A stretch of DNA of 64,000 nucleotides. It comes from Bugula neritina. Its lineage: Eukaryota > Animalia > Bryozoa. The stretch covers positions 15,657,289-15,721,288 of the forward strand of contig OZ037771.1 of assembly GCA_964035545.1 (NCBI GenBank). Reading direction: 5' to 3'. This document shows, one piece after another, positions 41,720-55,600 of the stretch (position 1 is its first letter; every line of letters begins with the position of its first letter). Position numbers and translations under genes: made by a program. A model generated the notes under the pieces. The model worked only from the letters and a program-made list of their open reading frames with translations. It had not been told where the DNA came from and made no database searches.

Positions 41720-42646
41720 TTAGATTCTAAGGCTCTCACAATGTTCAAGGGGGCCAGACCCTGGCACCCTTACTACATTCATAGGGGGCATCACCAGACT
41801 CCTAAACTCATTATTTAGTTTTGCCAACTCTGAGTCGTGCTTTTCTAAATCCTTCACAGTTCTTGTAAATCTCACCAAATCTACAATAGTAATGATATAA
41901 TACACAATATGTAATATACTGTCTACAATATGTAATATACTATGTACAATATGTAATATACTATATACAGTATGTAATATACTACGTACAGTATGTAATA
42001 TACTATGTACAATATGTAATATACTATGTACAATATTTAATATACTATGTACAGTATGTAATATACTATGTACAATATGTAATATACTATGTACAATATG
42101 TAATATACTAAGTACGGTTTGTAATATATTATGTACAATATGTAATAAAATATTTTCACACTCCTCGAACATGCTAATCCTCACGAGCTAATCACTGACC
42201 TTCACCTTGGCCTGTATAGCCATGGTTAGCTAAAACCATCATCTGTGCTCTAGTGGCCAGTGGAAACACCACCCTCATGTATTTGAGCATATCGTTGGAT
42301 GCCTCATCTATAGCAGCTTGAAATTGCTCATTCTTAGAGAAGAGGCTGTCGATAGTTTCTCTCAGAATAACTGAAACAGAGACTTCCAGTTTGCATAAAA
42401 CACATAAATTTCTTTTCCTGTTATTAGTAACAAATGATTATTGTATTATTAGTAATAAATGATTAATGCATTATTAGTAATAAATGATTATTGTATTATT
42501 GGTAATAAATGATTAATGTATTATTAGTAATAAATGGTTATTGTATTATTAGTAATAAATGATTAGTGTATTATTAGTAACAAATGATGCAAATTACACA
42601 AACATAAACAACTCTCACCTTTAGCTTCTGCTATACCTAAATTCAT
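41720..42646 (-). CDS. C12orf57: Protein C10 (C12orf57/GRCC10) homolog. Exons (minus strand): 42646-42619, 42370-42200, 41880-41720
   Basis: The spliced product MNLGIAEAKVILRETIDSLFSKNEQFQAAIDEASNDMLKYMRVVFPLATRAQMMVLANHGYTGQGEDLVRFTRTVKDLEKHDSELAKLNNEFRSLVMPPMN... aligns by eye along its length with C10 family motifs (AKV.L, NDM.K....V.P.AT..Q, GEG..F...VK..E..D.E.A.L, .PPM). Confidence 0.85.
41903..42586. repeat. C12orf57 intron arrays: 21 bp (41903-42146) and about 25 bp (42421-42586)
   Basis: AATATACTATGTACAATATGT; TTATTAGTAATAAATGATTATTGTA. Confidence 0.85.
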
Positions 42647-44060
42647 ACTTCTATCTCAATGGAAAGTCTTATACTCCAGTCATCACCAAATGGCTTCAGC
42701 TTCAATAGCTAGAATCACACAGTTTTTTGGTAACAATTTGCAAAATTTGATTAAATTAGACACCCTGTACAGAAAACTTAATATACACATGAAATAGTGA
42801 AAGAATTTAATACTGGCTTTCAACGATTTTATGAAGTCAAGAAAATTCCATATATAACTTCAAAAATATAGTTGCCACTGAAAATCTCTATTTCAAAACA
42901 TGTTAAATATGTTTATATGACAGTCATAGCTATTGAAACTGTATTTGTATACTAACAGTTATATCTATTGTAATTGTTACTATAAATTGTGCGGAATGAA
43001 TTCTTCACTCAACATAATTCACTCAATACAAATACAATAACTGTCACTATTCACTAAAAAGGTGAATAATAATACATACAGCCATAGAAAATTAATTGAT
43101 ATTTGCGTATTTACCACTACTTTACAATAATCATTTTCACAATAGTCAAACTCAATATGTCATATTCACATTGATATTTAAGCTTTCTTTTACTGTTAGC
43201 ATCACCGCAGAGTATTAGCATTATTATTATACTGACTACCGAGATTCAGACTCAGTTATGAGTATCATTGTATGACCCTGTCTCTAGTTTTATCAACTAT
43301 CAGTATCACTATCAGTCTTACTTTCTCACTATCATAATCATAATGATTATGATACTCAAACTGATACACTTACAGTCAGACCGATATCGTACCGGTACTG
43401 CCACTGTTACTGTTAGTGTTAGTGCGATCAGATTCAGTTATTAGGATGTCTATCACTGTGAGACTCAGACTGGGTATGACTATCAGTGTCACTCAATCAG
43501 TGTCACTATGACATTACATTTACTATAATATTAAGTATGACTATAGTAATAGTCTATCAGTATGAGTATAAGTATGAGTATCAGTTTGAATATCAATATC
43601 AATATGAGCATCACTGATCACTACCAGTATGAGTATGAGTATCAGTATGGGTACCAGTATGAGTATGGCATTATAATTTACATTTAGGCTTTAGCCTTAC
43701 TATGAGTATGACTATCACTATGACTATCAGTATCACTATCAGTATGACATTGACTATGAGTTTGACTACGACTACGAGTATCAGTAGCCGTAGGCGTGAG
43801 TATGAGTATGAGTATCAGTATGGCCGTCGTCCATCACCACCAGAGTATCACCACTATTAGTATTGTTATGAGTATTACTATCACAGCAAAATGAGACAAT
43901 CAAAATGACTGAAACGCAATGAGTACCAACCAAAGTCCAATGACTGTTATTATTAGTATTACATTAGTATACATTTTGATTTGGCATTCGTGATTGAAGA
44001 TCAGCATCTAAAATATCGTTAGAAACAGCACCAAACCGGGGGTAACTGAGTACAGTGTTT

Positions 44061-44742
44061 CCCTCATTCACACTTACCGTATCGTACGCCGTAACAGCAA
44101 AAATAAAATGGCGACGCTGTTGCATTTTGTCAACGGGTGTTCACACATTGCCGTAAAAGTACAATGCATGACGGTGAGCTGTGATCAATCATAATAAAGC
44201 CAACTCGTGTCTGCGGTGATTTGAACGCCTTTGAATATTATTTACAAATTATTCGCAACATTCTTATCAAAAGATGTTATACAAATGCTATTTACTAAAT
44301 AAAAGCAATTACGTAAAAAGAATCTTTCTTTTAAATATATTCGCTTTTAAAATAATTGTGCAAACTAATTTAAATAATGAATATTTAAGCCGTCCAAATC
44401 ATTTTTAAGTTTTTGATTTGCTTGATTTTGTGATTAGGGAAAGCTAGATTTTTAAGCTGAGTTTAATTCAAACAAGCCGGATAAACATTTTTTAATCTTT
44501 TAAAACTTTTGAATTGATTAAATTAAATCAAAAATAAGCGATTAAAATAAACTAGCGAAAATGTTCTTTAAATTTTAGTACCAGATCAACTCTACCCAAT
44601 AGGAGCCCGCCGTGATTTTTTGAATCAAGCACTGCTTGATTAACGCCGCAACGTATACCGGAGTACGATTTAGCCCGGATGTTAACAAAACTCGCTAAAA
44701 TCTGCTGTTACGGCGTACGGTACGGTAAGTGTGAATAGGGGG
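44061..44742. mobile_element. MITE with long inverted termini, PIF/Harbinger-like
   Basis: ATTCACACTTACCGTATCGTACGCCGTAACAGCA (44066-44099) is inverted at 44703-44736 with one mismatch. The CCC..TTCACACT terminus resembles Harbinger TIRs. TSD not clearly resolved. Confidence 0.7.
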
Positions 44743-44746
44743 TTAG

Positions 44747-44993
44747 TCGTGTTGTACGCCGTAACGTACAATATCAGCCGTTAATGTGTCCGGGCTGAAG
44801 TTTTCAAAGTCCACTATTAGATACGACATACGACACGAGTTGACGCAAAAGTTTTTCTGTCCAATAGGAACTCGCCGCAACTTGGTTGAACCAAGTGCTT
44901 GATCCGCAACGCCGTACGGGAAGCTCAGACATTTGTAAAAACGGCTAGTATTTCACGTTACGGTGTACAATACGGCAAAATGTAAACGAGAGG
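44747..44993. mobile_element. Second, shorter and more diverged MITE related to the adjacent one
   Basis: Imperfect inverted pair (44748-44773 vs 44950-44975, core TTGTACRCCGTAACGT). The internal CCAATAGGA..CGCCG..TGAA.CAAG..TGCTTGAT block is shared with 44597-44650. Confidence 0.55.
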
Positions 44994-46767
44994 ATAACCC
45001 CCAACTTCAAATAAGAGACCCAACTTAGTGACTACTACTTTGGTGCTGCTCCAAGCGATTATCCATTTTCAACGAATGAGTCATGGCCAAAGTTGCTCCG
45101 CTGTTTTATATTAAAACGACAAAATAAGCTTTGATGACATTGCCCGTAAAACTTCCACCTGTTGTCTAGACTTCAGCTAATTTGAGGTGATTGCTAGATA
45201 CACCATCAAGTTTGGAGTTACCAAGTGCAGCGTGTGCATACACTATTCTCAAAACCACCAAACTTTTAAATTTGAAAGCCCCGAACTCAATGATTCCAAT
45301 TTTCGTTTTGCATCAAGCGACATTACGATCGATGATAATGAACTGGAAAATATTATTATTAGGAAAAACAGATCCTATTTCAGCGATAGCGATCACAATT
45401 GTTTCCGTTATGATGCGAGTATTGTTGATATAGTTGTAAAAATGTCTAATGACTAATTTACTATTAATTTGATAATGTCTACGAGTATGAGTGATGATAA
45501 TAATAATAATGATGATGATTTATTAAATAATTAGAAGTTATGACACTAAAAGTCAATTATCCATCAATGTAATAGTTAGACTTGGTGCGTTATACTTATA
45601 GTTACGCTTATAGTTATACTTAATCTTATACTATAACTTAAAGTTAAACTATAACTATAACTATAAGTACAAGCATAACTATAGTTTAAGTTAATGTTAT
45701 TGTTATACTTATACTTATAGTTATGAGAATAATAATAATCATAATAATTGATTATCATAATCATAATGATTATAATAATGTTTAACTCAATACCTGGTAG
45801 CAATTGAAATGGCTGTAACTGTAAGTATGAGATTGGGTTTGACTATACGTTCAAGACTGATAGTCATAGTGATAAAGTTAAATGATCGGACTACACTAAC
45901 TCTAAGACTAAGAGTAGCTGTAAGTGTTAGATTTAGTATTAGTATTAGATTTAGTAATACTGTATTACTATTACTATTAGTATTAGTAACCAATTTAAAT
46001 TTCTAATAGCAATACTATTACTATTAGTATTAGTATAACTATTAGTATTAGTATTAGAAATTGGTTATTATTAATATTATTACCAATACTTATACGTATT
46101 ACTATTAGTATTACATTGGTGATGTACTTTTAGAGTTTTACAATTAGACTTAGTATTACTCACCTGTACTGTATTACTATAAGACTTGGTATTGCTTTTA
46201 GTATTAGATAAAGTATCAAATTTATTATAACTATTAGTATTACTATTACTTATTCACAATACTTATAGTTTTGTATGATTATTACTAATACTGTATTACT
46301 ATTAGCCAGGAGCAAAATGTGAGTTAATAGTAGATGCGCCAATATCTATCAGTTAAAGTTGATGATTAGAATTATTACTATTATCATTATGATTATGTTA
46401 GGTGTGAATTTAAGTATTATATTTTAATGTTAGTTACTATTAAGAGTTGGACTTAGTCTAGTTTTTAGAGTAGCTGTGTGTATCTAATAACTGAGTAATC
46501 ATCATTATTATTAATCTATACTTCACTTATAATGATTATCAGCATGATCACGATGATATCAACTTCTAATTGAGTTCTATCAATTTACCAGCTTAGTATT
46601 TATTTTATTAGTAGCTTTGTCTAAGCTGGGGGTGATAGAGGGGGGGGGGTGATGGAGGGGGGTGTCTTTGTGTATTTCTGATTGGCTGCAAAATAAGCTC
46701 TATTTCCTGTCCCAGTGCTGGTCTACAAACCCGTATCACTAGTTAAAATTATTCACACGGTATGATA

Positions 46768-47005
46768 GATAGAACCAGTATCACATGGTATAATATATAG
46801 AACCAGTATCAGATGGTATAATATATAGAACCAGTATCACATGGTATAATATATAGAACCAGTATCACATGGTATAATATATAGAACCAGTATCACATGG
46901 TATAATATATAGAACCCGTATCACATGGTATAATATATAGAACCAGTATCACATGGTATAATAGATAGAACCAGTATCACATGGTATAATATATAGAACC
47001 AGTAT
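46768..47005. repeat. 28-bp array upstream of ATP13A3
   Basis: AGAACCAGTATCACATGGTATAATATAT. Confidence 0.9.
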
Positions 47006-47549
47006 TCATACGGTGTATGCAGTATATGAGACTATAACTTAGTCAGCATGTTTAGATTGGGAGTTGTCTTCTTTTAGCAAGTATTATCTTTATTTATAAT
47101 CCATTAAACTATGTATCTCTAAATTTTGTTGTACTAAGCAACCTTTTGATGAAATGACAATTTTACAACACAATGTTTAATTCTTGATGTACAATACATA
47201 TAGATAGAGTACAAACCCCAACATTATGTATCACCTCCATAATTCCTTTCTTCATGGTTTAACCGCAGTTGGTGATGTCATGTTTTAATGTTATTTAAAA
47301 TATAATCTAAATATAGATGAATAGTCAGCTTTCCAGGCAGCTGAGTAAAGATAACTCAAGGATTTTATAACTCCAGAGTTTTGCCCTTACTGCATACTCC
47401 GTACTTGAAGTATTGCCAATAATATAATAATGTGAATATTCCCTTACCAGCTTCTTACTTCATCAGGAAAATATAAACAAGAAACATTTAATTTTTGTTT
47501 CGTTTATAATAAAACATTGCAAACTAATATCAGCCCATTCATTTTTGGA

Positions 47550-49498
47550 GTTGTATATATAATATGTACACTCATATACGTTGTATATATAATATGTACA
47601 CTCATATATGTTGTATATATAATATGTACACTCATATATGTTGTATATATAATATGTCCACTCATATATGTTGTATATATAATATGTACACTCATATATG
47701 TTGTATATATAATATGTATACTCATATATGTTGTATATATAATATGTACACTCATATATGTTGTGTATATAATATGTACACTCATATATGTTGTAGGGGT
47801 AACGGGGGCACAACGGTCATAGGGGTACAAAAAGCCGGCCAAATTGTGAGAGAACGTATTGACTTAGAGTTGTGATTTTTTTTCATAAAAAGGTATTGAC
47901 ATAATTATTCAGCCAATGTAGTTTCAACACTTGTGGAACACACGTGTTGAAAAGGCGAGTGAAAAACTGTTTTTACCTACTTTTTGTAAAATTTTCAAGA
48001 TGTCGTTGAAGCTTTATAACTTTTTACACTTAAAGGCAACAAGTCTAGATTTTACTGATATTGTTGCCATTGCTTGTCTCTACATTGCCTAACTAGTATA
48101 ACAGCAAATTCTGAAATAAATTTTCCTTGAGGCACATTTATGTTCAATTTGGCCATCCGGGGCACAATGGGCCACGCTGACCGGGGCACAATGGGCCACC
48201 TGATTATTGCACCCTGATCACTGTTATTAGTTTGTTTGCCCAAAAAGTTGGTTGAAATGTTACTAAAATCTATAGATATAGCCATTTCTGACCTTTTTGT
48301 AAAATATCAAAGATATCATGGTAAGACTACAAAACTACAAGGTGAAGCTCCCCTAATATATACATCTGGTGAGGTTAAAGCTTTGCTATTTTATACATAA
48401 TACAAAACACTCTGCTGTTGCTACTAGTAGATAGTCATAATATTCATTATACATTATATCATTGAGGGAATATACATGTATTTGACTAAAATAAATTGTG
48501 ATTTGCTCATTTGCTCCCCCCTCTCCCTTCCATACTCCAGCCACAAACCGAAGCCAGGCACCTTAGCTACAGTTCATAGAAAAAAGTCCACTCAGAATTT
48601 TGTAGTACATAATACTAAAGTTTTTTTTTGATATAAGTTTCCCTGAAGTGTAAATTAAAAAAATTTTAGTTCTAAACAGTAATGATAAAGGCACCGTAGA
48701 ACCGAGTGATGTGCGTTTGATTTTGCCTCCCTCTGCTATCCGTGGTGGCACAAACTGTGCAGCTAAAACATGAATTTTGCTGTAGATCTGAAAGAATATT
48801 TTTATTTATTTGTTATAATAAATAAATAAAGACCAGATGCAACAAAATCTGCAAAGTTTCAATATATTTGTTGAGTCCCACCCAGTGGCCCATTGTACCC
48901 CGGTACCGGGGCACAATGGGCCGATTTTTTTGTCATGAAAATTTTATTATTCTGAAAGTTGTGAGAGAGATAGAAACAACAAACTGATACCTGTAATAGA
49001 CAACAGATGCAGCATTAAGACTAGAGATTATTGAACTAGTAACTTGAAAAACAGACGAATGAGGGCAACAAATGCAAAATTCGGCCCGTTGTGCCCCCGT
49101 TACCCCTATATATAATATGTACACTCATATATGTTGTATATATAATGTGTACACTCATATATGTTGTATATATAATATGTACACTCATATATGTTGTATA
49201 TATAATATGTACACTCATATATGTTGTATATATAATATGTACACTCGTATATGTTGTATATATAATATGTACACTCATATATGTTGTATATATAATATGT
49301 ACACTCATATATGTTGTATATATAATATGTACACTCATATATGTTGTATATATAATATGTACACTCATATATGTTGTATATATAATATGTACACTCATAT
49401 ATGTTGTATATATAATATGTACACTCGTATATGTTGTATATATAATATGTACACTCATATATGTTGTATATATAATATGTACACTCATATATGTTGTA
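47550..49498. repeat. 30-bp array split into two parts (47550-47795, 49107-49498) by a transposon
   Basis: GTTGTATATATAATATGTACACTCATATAT on both sides, in register. Confidence 0.93.
47796..49106. mobile_element. Non-autonomous DNA transposon, 1311 bp, with 21-bp perfect TIRs and a TA TSD (Tc1/mariner-pogo-type signature)
   Basis: GGGGTAACGGGGGCACAACGG at 47796-47816 is the exact reverse complement of 49086-49106. TA lies at 47794-95 and 49107-08, and removing the element plus one TA restores the 30-bp satellite unit. Internal TIR-like GGGGCACAATGGGCC copies occur near 48159, 48183 and 48888-48922. No transposase ORF. Confidence 0.88.
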
Positions 49499-49680
49499 GA
49501 GAGCTGCTACTGTACACACAGTATATATATTATATATGTACACATAGTATATATATAGTATATAGTGTAGTGTAGTATGAAAGTAGGTCTATACCTCCTC
49601 AGACTGTTTGATCTAAAGAGTGGCAGCTGACGGCAGCTCTCTATCATATTCTACTGTTAGGAGGAAGTTGAACAGCGAGC

Positions 49681-52600
49681 ATGCTCAGTCACGCTAGTAA
49701 GTAATCAGTCACATTCAATATCTTTACACACACTTTATTGTCTGTATTAACCAACTTAATAATGTTGGAGTTATCTGCTCAGAGGTACTTGTATTTTAAG
49801 TTCTGATTGGTTAGTTTTATCAACTCATGTAATCTTATCTAGACAAGTGTTTTCATGATGTTATAGTGTGTGTGAGAGTGGTGAGTCCAGCAGGTGAGAT
49901 AACTAGGTGTGTGTATTGTGTGCACTGTTGTGTGTGTTGTGTGCTCTGTTGTGTGTATTGTATACTGTACACTGTTACATTTAGACATGGTGCAGGATAT
50001 GGTGTATACACTGTGAATATATTGGCACTGCATTTTCTGCAGTTGATTGAAATATGCAAATATTTTATCTGAGCTTACTAAAGCATAACTAAGTTTGTTT
50101 GTTGTCAGTTGAGTAGTTACTTGAGTAGTTAGTTAAGTAGTTAGTTAAGTTGGTAGTTATTTTGTCAGTTAAGTAGTTAGTTAAGTAGTTAGTTAAGTTG
50201 GTAGTTATTTTGTCAGTTAAGTAGTTAGTTAAGTTGGTAGTTAAGTTGTCAGTTAAGTAGTTAGTTGAGTAGTTAGTTAAGTTGTCAGTTAAGTTATTCA
50301 AGCTCTCTCTTTTTTCTCCCAGAAGTTACAGTTCCGGGGGAACAAGTTTTCTACTTCAGAGAGATGCAAGACCTGGTTAACAGAGGAGAGGATGATGAGA
50401 TGGTTGGTAGAACTATACTATATGTTATATTACACTATACTATATATTATATTACACTATACTATATGTTATATTACACTATACTATATATTATATTACA
50501 CTATACTATATGTTATATTACACTATACTATATATTATATTACACTATACTATATATTATATTACACTATACTATATATTATATTACACTATACTCTATA
50601 TTATATTACACTATACTATACATTATATTACACTATACTATACATTATATTACACTATACTATACATTATATTACACTATACTATACATTATATTACACT
50701 ATACTATATGTTATATTACACTATACTATATGTTATATTACACTATACTATACATTATATTACACTATACTATACATTATATTACACTACACTATACATT
50801 ATATTACACTATACTATATATTATATCACACTATACTATATATTATATTACACTATACTATACTATACATTATATTACACTATACTATACATTATATTAC
50901 ACTATACTATACATTATATTACACTATACTATATATTATATTACACTATACTATACATTATATTACACTATACTATATATTATATTACACTATACTATAT
51001 GTTATATTACACTATACTATATATTATATTACACTATACATTATATTACACTATACTATATATTATATCACACTATACTATATATTATATTACACTATAC
51101 TATACTATACATTATATTACACTATACTATACATTATATTACACTATACTATACATTATATTACACTATACTATACATTATATTACACTATACTATATAT
51201 TATATTACACTATACTATATATTATATTACACTATACTATATATTACACTATACTATTCAGTATATTACACTATACTATACATTATATTACACTACACTA
51301 TACATTATATTATACTATACTATATATTATATTACACTATACTATACATTATATTACACTATACTATATGTTATATCACACTATACTATTCAGTATAAAC
51401 ATATGCTTGCAGTTAACTGCAGCAATGCTTCAGGTTCAATATTTACAATTGTTGTATTATTGCCAAATTAAAAAGTCATTTAGCTAAGTTGACAGAAGCT
51501 GCTGTAAGTTGATACAGATCATAGCAGCTCAAGTAGGTTGACTATAAGAATCATTAGTAATGCTACTAGTAAGGTATTCTCCCTGTGATCTAGCTGCACC
51601 CATATTTCATGTGTTGACAGTAAACCTCTCTGAAATATATTATATCGTGTGAAAATGTTACATTCCCTTATCTGTAGTATACAATAATATATCTTGCAGT
51701 ACACATTACACTGTGTGACATGTGGTACACTGTGCGAGACTTGATACACTGTGTGAGACTTGATACACTGTGTGACACGTGATACACTGTGTGACACGTG
51801 ATACATTGTGTGACACGTGATACACTGTGTGAGACTTGATACACTGTGTGAGACTTGATACACTGTGTGACACATTGTACTCTGTGTAATACATAATACT
51901 CTGTGTAATACAAGCTACACTAAACATTATATTATATACCAGTATTATATATATAAAGGCATGTACACATATTTACATGTGCCTCATGGAAAGGAGTTGA
52001 AGAAATTCTCAAGCTATGTTCGATGTTATTGCTAATTAATACTCTGCATCGGAACTTGGGTGTTCAAAGGAGACAGTAATATTATATTACAAAATATTTA
52101 GCATGTCGCAGCCATAGCATGTGACTGGTCAGTGATATACAGTATAGAGATGCTACTCTAACTGTATAACTGTATGCCAGATCTGATGATAAAGCCTTGC
52201 AATCACTGCACAAGTATTTATCCCTATGCTGCATAGCTTACATTCTGTCTGCATACTGTACTGCATACTGTACTGCATACTGTACTGCATACTGTACTGC
52301 ATACTGTACTGCATACTGTACTGCATACTGTACTGCACACTGTACTGCACACTGTACTGTACACTGTACTGTACACTGTACTGCACACTGTACTGCACAC
52401 TGTACTGTACTGTACACTGTACTGTACACTGTACTGCACACTGTACTGTACAGTGTACTGCATACTGTACTGCACACTGTACTGCATACTGTACTGTATA
52501 CTGTACTGCATACTGTACTGCACACTGTACTGCACACTGTACTGTACACTGTACTGTACACTGTACTGTACTGTACACTGTACTGTACACTGTACTGTAC

Positions 52601-55600
52601 ACTGTACTGCACACTGTACTGCATACTGTACTGCATACTGTACTGCACACTGTACTGCACACTGTACTGTACACTGTACTGTACACTGTACTGTACTGTA
52701 CACTGTACTGTACACTGTACTGTACACTGTACTGTACACTGTACTGCACACTGTACACTGTACTGCACACAGTACTGCACACTCTACTGTACACTAAACT
52801 GCACAACGCACTCAACTGGGCTTAGCTGCTGGTATTTCATTGACTATTGACCCATTTCTTTTATATTGACCTGCAAGACATTAAACTATAAAACTATGCT
52901 TTACAGTTATATAATATCAGAGATTCATTTTGCTACTTATCTGTAGAAAGCGTGGCTCATATTACCATAATATGTTTACAGTGGTTAGTTGCGTGATGAA
53001 TTCACCCAGTTTTTGGACCTTTGTTACATGTTTTCACAAAAGATTTATGATGAAAATTATATATATATGAATTATTCAATTAAACAAATTATATTTAATT
53101 ATCAACAGAAACCTGATTTAATTGCAGTTTCAATTGGGGCATATTTTTATTCTGCGCATCTTATTGGCACTGAACACGAACAACGAGTATTGAAAAGGAC
53201 TCAATGAATCATTTAATAATTGATTTAAATATGACTAAAAAGGTGTGAACTTAGTCTTAGATAATTATTTTTAAATATAATTCAAATAATAACAGTTCTC
53301 TAAACTTCCAAAGAAGTTTATAATAATTGAATTGATTAACTTTGAGCTTTATGTTATTAACCTGTTGAGCTACACATGCATAATTATTAGTGATATTTAG
53401 ATGATTAAGTAATTTAATAAATTGTGCAGTTACCAAGTCTAATTATATAATAGTTTATCAATTCATTTTACAGTAATCACTTTACAAGTCTTTGTGATTA
53501 ATTTCTGAGTAATACATCTAACAGTTCAATTTGCCAAACAATATACTGGAGTTTAATGGAAGTTAAATTTAAAATAAAACTGAATGGTAATAGTAAATTA
53601 ATCCAAATCCTATAACAAGTTGATTCTAAAAATGAAAATGCAGATTGTTACATTATCTAATCTTGGAACACAAATTTCTTTTTGATTTCTTTGTTACTAC
53701 TATTTTCCCCTGAGTAAGCAGGCCACAATCACCCTGAGCATGCCAATTATTTACTAATAATTGTGAAATTAGCATAAATTAAGTAGTATTACTATGCCTA
53801 TTGGTATCCAATTGTCTAGTCTTACATTTATAGCAATTGTGATGTATTTTGTGTAAAATGGTTATTGCAAGCATTATTCTATTCATATTCACATTGTAAT
53901 CACAGTGAAACTTAAACTTTATAGCTTTGTATTTACGTGCATGAGTGAGTTTTAAAGCTGTTTTTAATTTTATATGCATAAAAAATGTGTTTAAAACTAT
54001 AGGAATAAACAAAACTAAAAGATACTGTAGTTATAAATTAAAAAGAATTAATAAAATAACAAAAATGGCAAAACTTTCCCTTTATAACCTACATATAAAC
54101 TCCTGGCATAATGATGTCCCCATGGTGAAGGCCAAAAGCGCCATTGAACTTTGAACTTTAACCCTTTGGTATAACATTTGCTATACTACAGTTACACGTT
54201 CACGGGCTTTCCATGGATCGATCTCCCCAAGATGGATCTGAGATCGATCCATGGAAAGCGGTGAATATACACTATACATATATAGATATATTGTATAGAG
54301 TACACAATATACACTATACAATATATCTATATATAGAGTATAGAGTACACAATATATACTATACAATATATCTATATATAGAGTATAGAGTACACAATAT
54401 ACACTATACAATATATCTATATATAGAGTATAGAGTATACAATATACACTATACAATATATCTATATATATAATATAGAGTATACAATATACACTATACA
54501 ATATATCTATATATAGAGTATAGAGTACACAATATATACTATACAATATATCTATATATAGAGTATAGAGTACACAATATATACTATACAATATATCTAT
54601 ATATAGAGTATAGAGTATACAATATACACTATACAATATATCTATATATAGAATATAGAGTACACAATATACACTATACAATATATCTATATATAGAGTA
54701 TAGAGTATACAATATACACTATACAATATATCTATATATAGAGTATAGTGTATACAATATACACTATACAATATACACTATACAATATATCTATATATAG
54801 AATATAGAGTACACAATATACACTATACAATATATCTATATATAGAGTATAGAGTACACAATATATACTATACAATATATCTATATATAGAGTATAGAGT
54901 ACACAATATACACTATACAATATATCTATATATAGAGTATAGAGTACACAATATACACTATACAATATATCTATATATAGAGTATAGAGTACACAATATA
55001 CACTATACAATATATCTATATATAGAGTATAGAGTATACAATATACACTATACAATATATCTATATATAGAGTATAGAGTATACAATATACACTATACAA
55101 TATATCTATATATAGAGTATAGAGTACACAATATTCACTATACAATATATCTATATATAGAGTATAGAGTACACAATATACACTATACAATATATCTATA
55201 TATAGAGTATAGAGCACACAATATACACTATACAATATATCTATATATAGAGTATAGAGTACACAATATACACTATACAATATATCTATATATAGAGTAT
55301 AGAGTACACAATATATACTATACAATATATCTATATATAGAGTATAGAGTACACAATATACACTATACAATATATCTATATATAGAGTATAGAGTACACA
55401 ATATACACTATACAATATATCTATATATAGAATATAGAGTACACAATATATACTATACAATATATCTATATATAGAGTATAGAGTACACAATATACACTA
55501 TACAATATATCTATATATAGAGTATAGAGTACTATGTGATCATATGATTCAGGAGATCTGTGGTTATTCAAGGAGCGGGTGGAGGACCCTCCTCACCTGG

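Noticed and set aside
45187-46006. Short ORFs in the AT-rich intergenic region
   Set aside because: Low complexity, no recognisable motifs and no splice-consistent partners.
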